Positions 25,447 through 29,097 of a DNA stretch of 29,097 nt are shown here, one piece after another. The stretch's first letter is position 1; the number at the start of each line of letters is the position of its first letter. Below the pieces are notes generated by a model. That model had not been told where the DNA came from and ran no database searches. It saw only the letters and a list, made by a program, of their open reading frames with translations. This DNA comes from a virus (taxonomy: Duplodnaviria; Caudoviricetes), in the IMG/VR virus record IMGVR_UViG_3300044476_000077, positions 1 to 29,097 of that record. One strand, 5' to 3'. Both the position numbers and the translations under genes were made by a program.

Positions 25447-25854
25447 ATGAAGCGCATCATAAGCACAGTCATCCTGGTAGTGGCCCTCCTGGCGTTTGCC
25501 ATGCAAGGCTATTCAGACACCACCAACACGTGGGGCGGGTTGAATGCGGTCGTCTTGACGGCGAGCAACCTTTCCGCATCAACGGAGGTCGTGTTTGACC
25601 TTCAGCGAACGGTCACTAACCTCAAGTTCTTTGTGACCGGCCCGGTGGGCGCCACGGCCGCGGCGGCAGGTATCTTTATCAAGCCGCGAAAAGTCGTAGA
25701 ACAGTTGGGAATATCTAACGCGATAATCTGGGTATGTGCGTCAATATCGAATACGACGTATGTGTCCGTCAATCCGCCGAGCAACAAGGGATCGTTCTGG
25801 ATCAAGACGACCAACCAGGCGGTGAAGATGACCTATGTCCTCAGTGCAGAATGA
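25447..25854 (+). CDS. Signal-peptide-bearing beta-rich protein in the head module, 135 aa
   Basis: GGAG RBS; MKRIISTVILVVALLAFAMQGYS signal; seven TN/SN dipeptides in the mature part. Confidence 0.75.
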   Translation: MKRIISTVILVVALLAFAMQGYSDTTNTWGGLNAVVLTASNLSASTEVVFDLQRTVTNLKFFVTGPVGATAAAAGIFIKPRKVVEQLGISNAIIWVCASISNTTYVSVNPPSNKGSFWIKTTNQAVKMTYVLSAE

Positions 25855-25937
25855 GGCACTGACTTAAGTTTGATTGTCCGTGTGTGCTCATAGTGGGCAT
25901 ACACGGGCATGCAGAATAACCAGCAGTTAGGAGCACC

Positions 25938-26492
25938 ATGCCAGACGACCCAGCAGCCAGCGCCGCCAAAGACGACGCCGGCAATAAGGCCGCGGCCGCA
26001 GCAGCCAAGCAGCCCGAAACCGTAACACTCAGCAAAGCCGACCATGACCGCCTGCAAGGCACTCTGGGCGACCTGTTGAAGAAGGAGAAGGACCGCGAGG
26101 CGGCGGAAAAGACCAAGCAGGATGAGGAATCGCGGAAACGCGGAGAGTTTGAGAAGCTCATAGCCGAACGCGACAAGGAGATTGATACCTTGAAGCCATG
26201 GCAGGAGCGGTACGCAACCCGCGTAAAAGCCGAGCACGACCGGCGCATCAAGATCATCGAGAAGGCGGATGCAAAGGTCAAGGCTCAGTTCAAGACCGGC
26301 GACAACCTCAGCCTGGAGGACAGGGAGCACAACCTGGCCAAGCTGGACGAGTACGAAACATTGGGCCTGCTCGGGTCGGGCGGCGGCAAGGAAGTCGTCG
26401 TAGACACCGAAGGCGCAGGCGGTTCCACGGCAGTCATCGCCAAGAGCGCGTCGGGCGGTGGCAAAGAGAAGTGGGATCCCCTGAGCTCATAA
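25938..26492 (+). CDS. Capsid scaffolding protein, 184 aa
   Basis: Charged coiled coil (RKRGEFEKL); immediately before the capsid gene; AGGAG RBS. Confidence 0.75.
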   Translation: MPDDPAASAAKDDAGNKAAAAAAKQPETVTLSKADHDRLQGTLGDLLKKEKDREAAEKTKQDEESRKRGEFEKLIAERDKEIDTLKPWQERYATRVKAEHDRRIKIIEKADAKVKAQFKTGDNLSLEDREHNLAKLDEYETLGLLGSGGGKEVVVDTEGAGGSTAVIAKSASGGGKEKWDPLSS

Positions 26493-26528
26493 TACACCGC
26501 AAGGTGCGCCGCGCAGGAAGAAACGAAC

Positions 26529-27425
26529 ATGGCAAACGATGTAACACCACTGGTGCTTGATGTTATCAACAATTCTCTGCCCGCAATGCGGCGGAGCATG
26601 GCCCTCTCGGCCCGGATCTACAACCACAATCGCAACGGCTTTGACGGTCGAGGGTCGTCCCGGTGGACCAAGTGGACTGCCGCGAGCGTTGAAACCAAGA
26701 CGGAAGGGACGCAGCTCACCGACTCCATCGGCGACATCACGGTCGGCAAGGTTGTGCTGGAGCCCGAAACTCACAAGGTTGCTCGCATCCGACTTGAGGA
26801 TGGCGAGATGAGCCGGACGCAGGGCGGCATCAAGTCGTTGCTGATGCAACAGGTGCCGCGCAATCTGATTGCCCTGGTGAACACCATTGAGACGGCAATC
26901 GCAGCGAAGCAGTCGAGCCTCACCACGAACCGTATTGGTGTTCTTGGCAACGGGCTTGACAAGTCGCTGCTTGCAAAAGCAATCCGCATGCTTGAGGAGC
27001 AGGAAGGCCGACCGGACACCCTCTGCGTGTCGCCGTACACCAAGGAAGGGATCATGACCGACGAGGAGACCATGAAGCTGTTCATGTATCTTCAGTCGGG
27101 CAATGCGTCCGTTGGTCAGTTTGTGCCGAACGCCCTTGGCTTCGGCGCCGTCGGTGTGAGCAACCAGATTTACACGCCCGATACTGGTCAGTACGTTGCG
27201 CTCGCATTCCAGCGGGAATGCCTGGGCATAGCGTTTGGCGACTTGACCGGCGTTGATGAGGGAGCGGGCCGGTTCATCAAGTCCATCACCGACCCTGACA
27301 CGGGCATCACGTTTCGCGTTGTGCAGGGCGCATCTCATGACCTGCATGGTCAGGTCATTTCGATTGACGTGCAGTACGACATCGAGGTGCAGCAGGAAGA
27401 GATTGGCGTTGCGATCCTTTGCTGA
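26529..27425 (+). CDS. Major capsid protein (HK97 fold, P22-coat-like), 298 aa
   Basis: After scaffold; size; ALAFQRECLGIAF and ISIDVQYDIEV C-terminal coat pattern. Confidence 0.8.
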   Translation: MANDVTPLVLDVINNSLPAMRRSMALSARIYNHNRNGFDGRGSSRWTKWTAASVETKTEGTQLTDSIGDITVGKVVLEPETHKVARIRLEDGEMSRTQGGIKSLLMQQVPRNLIALVNTIETAIAAKQSSLTTNRIGVLGNGLDKSLLAKAIRMLEEQEGRPDTLCVSPYTKEGIMTDEETMKLFMYLQSGNASVGQFVPNALGFGAVGVSNQIYTPDTGQYVALAFQRECLGIAFGDLTGVDEGAGRFIKSITDPDTGITFRVVQGASHDLHGQVISIDVQYDIEVQQEEIGVAILC

Positions 27426-27449
27426 TCTGACAGCCAACAAAAGAATCAC

Positions 27450-27469
27450 GGGGCGGGCCATCCCGCCCC
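27450..27469 (+). terminator. GC hairpin after the capsid gene (no U-tract; stabiliser or weak terminator)
   Basis: GGGGCGGG-CCAT-CCCGCCCC. Confidence 0.5.
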
Positions 27470-27492
27470 ACTAATCACAATCGAGAACGACA

Positions 27493-27714
27493 ATGGCAAT
27501 TAAATGGATTAAACACCCCAATGGGGTCGAGGTTGCTGTAGCCGCAAAAGATGCCGAGGCGCACCGCGATCGAATCCTTGGCGAGCAGCTCAAGGCGAAA
27601 GTGAAAAACCCGACTGTGACGATCCTTGACAAGCCCACTCCGGGTGCCAAGAGCGACCAGGTGGCAAGCACGCCGCAAATCGAAAAGACCAACAGCAACA
27701 GAGCCGGCAAGTAA
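27493..27714 (+). CDS. Small hypothetical protein after the capsid gene, 73 aa
   Basis: Fills the gap, same strand, low-complexity tail. Confidence 0.6.
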   Translation: MAIKWIKHPNGVEVAVAAKDAEAHRDRILGEQLKAKVKNPTVTILDKPTPGAKSDQVASTPQIEKTNSNRAGK

Positions 27715-27720
27715 CGGACC

Positions 27721-28896
27721 ATGCCGCGCAGACAAAAGAGCGCGGAACAGCTTGCGGCGATCATCAAAAAGGGCGGTCGCCGATTTCTTCGGATCTTTGA
27801 AAAGGCGCGGGATGAGCTTGCACTGCAAGTATTGCACGCTTATGGGCTGCAGGGAGGAGTGGACACGCTGAGCGGCCATGCGGCGCCGAGCACGCAGGCG
27901 GCGCTCGGGTACCAGTTGCGCCGAATCGAGCAGACGGTGAAGGAGGCGGCCTATATGATCCACACGGATGCTGCCGGCGTACTGAGCACCGTGTACCTTG
28001 ATGCCGTGCGGACGGCGCAGATTGAGGCGGAGCTGAGCCCGGTGGCGTCGTTGGAACGATTGGGCAATCCATCGCTGCACCTGGGCATGATCGAGGCGCA
28101 GCGGCAAGTGGTGGTCCATGCGTTTGACGAGGCGCTACTGAGTTCGGGCAGCTTTGCGGGCCGCTGGGTGAACTCGATACACCTTGATGCGGGACTGCGG
28201 GGCAAGGTGCAGGAGGCGTTCACTGCCGGGCTGTTCAAGTATGACAGCCGGAAGGAAGCCGCGGACGGCATCTTCAAGGTGCTATCTGACGCGGGCGATG
28301 CACGGTGCAAGGAAGCCGCTGATGCCGTGGCAGGCAAGTTTATCAGGTTTGGCAACGGGTCGTATCAGGACCTTGCAAGCTATGCCGAGATGGTGACCGA
28401 CACGCGCATGAGCGAGCTATACAATCGGGCGCAGATCAACATGTACGCGAGCGAGATGGGGTATGAGCTGGTGCAGATAAGCGATCACCAGACTGATTGC
28501 GACATCTGCGCGCCGTTTGAGGGGACCGTCTGGGCGCTTACTCCGGGACCCATTGGGCAATACCGGCCGCTAAGTGAGTGCATGAACTACGGCCCGCCGT
28601 TTCATCCGCGTTGCCTGCATCACACGGATCCTGTTGACTACCACCACGCAGGCGAGGGGAAGGTTCGGGTGGATGGAGCAATATACCGCGTCACGCCGTT
28701 CGTGCACACGGATGAGAGCCAGGCGGCGGAAGACAGGCAGCAGCGGGCAATAAACGGGAGCCCGGTGCGGGTGCCGGTGGCGATTACGTACCGGCCGGAC
28801 CTGCAAAAGCAAGATTTGAAGGGCGGCCAGGCTGAGGGCATCGACCAGCGAATGAGTCCCGACCAGCCGTTTGACATAGGAACCTTGGTGCGATGA
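27721..28896 (+). CDS. MuF/SPP1 gp7-like minor capsid (head morphogenesis) protein, 391 aa
   Basis: YAEMVTDT, ISDHQTDCDICAPFEG, GPPFHPRCLH. Confidence 0.85.
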   Translation: MPRRQKSAEQLAAIIKKGGRRFLRIFEKARDELALQVLHAYGLQGGVDTLSGHAAPSTQAALGYQLRRIEQTVKEAAYMIHTDAAGVLSTVYLDAVRTAQIEAELSPVASLERLGNPSLHLGMIEAQRQVVVHAFDEALLSSGSFAGRWVNSIHLDAGLRGKVQEAFTAGLFKYDSRKEAADGIFKVLSDAGDARCKEAADAVAGKFIRFGNGSYQDLASYAEMVTDTRMSELYNRAQINMYASEMGYELVQISDHQTDCDICAPFEGTVWALTPGPIGQYRPLSECMNYGPPFHPRCLHHTDPVDYHHAGEGKVRVDGAIYRVTPFVHTDESQAAEDRQQRAINGSPVRVPVAITYRPDLQKQDLKGGQAEGIDQRMSPDQPFDIGTLVR

Positions 28897-29097
28897 GCTT
28901 GACAATCAGCACAACGATCGACGAGCAGGCGGCGCGGGTGATAAACCGCGTGCGTGGCATGTTCCGCCAGCTTGCACCCATTGCGGTGAATCATGCCGCG
29001 GGCGAGCTGCAGAAGTACGCCAAGGCGATTATTGACAAACGGAGCGAGACGGGCTTAAAGATAGTCGAGGCAATCAAGGTGAAGGAATCGCCAATGA
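28893..29097 (+). CDS. 5' part of the origin-spanning neck protein (continues to 561)
   Basis: ATGA overlap with the MuF stop; open frame to the window end. Confidence 0.65.
   Translation, partial: MSLTISTTIDEQAARVINRVRGMFRQLAPIAVNHAAGELQKYAKAIIDKRSETGLKIVEAIKVKESPM
28971..29097 (+). repeat. Terminal direct repeat, right copy
   Basis: Identical to 1-127. Confidence 0.95.

Larger units (their letters stand above)
1..29097. mobile_element. Complete circular temperate tailed phage genome (siphovirus-like), about 28,970 bp unique
   Basis: Terminase, portal, capsid, tape measure, tail tube, integrase, repressor and attP all present; no host housekeeping genes; 127-bp terminal overlap. Confidence 0.95.

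Noticed and set aside
28971-29097. 127-bp terminal repeat as a biological direct terminal repeat
   Set aside because: Length equals a common assembler k-mer and it falls in the middle of a gene; it indicates circularity only

Overview
The window is a complete, circularly assembled temperate tailed phage genome of about 28,970 bp. Bases 1-127 repeat exactly at 28971-29097, most likely an assembler k-mer overlap, and one neck gene reads through the junction. A leftward early operon (about 14017 down to 8760) carries an excisionase-like HTH gene, DUF6948 plus a Gly-repeat protein, a replication initiator with internal iterons, a signal-anchored lytic transglycosylase, MazG-like and VRR-NUC genes. 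A rightward lysogeny block carries a leaderless XRE repressor, a Zn-ribbon membrane protein, a tyrosine integrase and an attP matching a tRNA 3' end. One long rightward morphogenesis/lysis block has a permuted order: tail chaperone with -1 frameshift, tape measure, tail tip, terminase, portal, Mor-like regulator, scaffold, capsid, MuF-like, neck, tail tube, fibre, then a lysis-type cassette. No tail sheath was recognised, so the virion is probably siphovirus-like. The most unusual signals are: (1) virion-module proteins, including the 1003-aa fibre, with apparent signal peptides and strong Thr-Asn/Ser-Asn enrichment, suggesting exported and possibly host-modified virion parts; (2) a structured early leader with an internal segment complementary to both an upstream and a downstream translation start, the logic of P4 CI / P1 C4 RNA immunity; (3) an excisionase interrupted by one in-frame TGA; (4) a lysis cassette with a nuclease and a papain-like peptidase but no recognisable endolysin. 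All product calls come from motifs recognised by eye and from gene context; no database searches were run.
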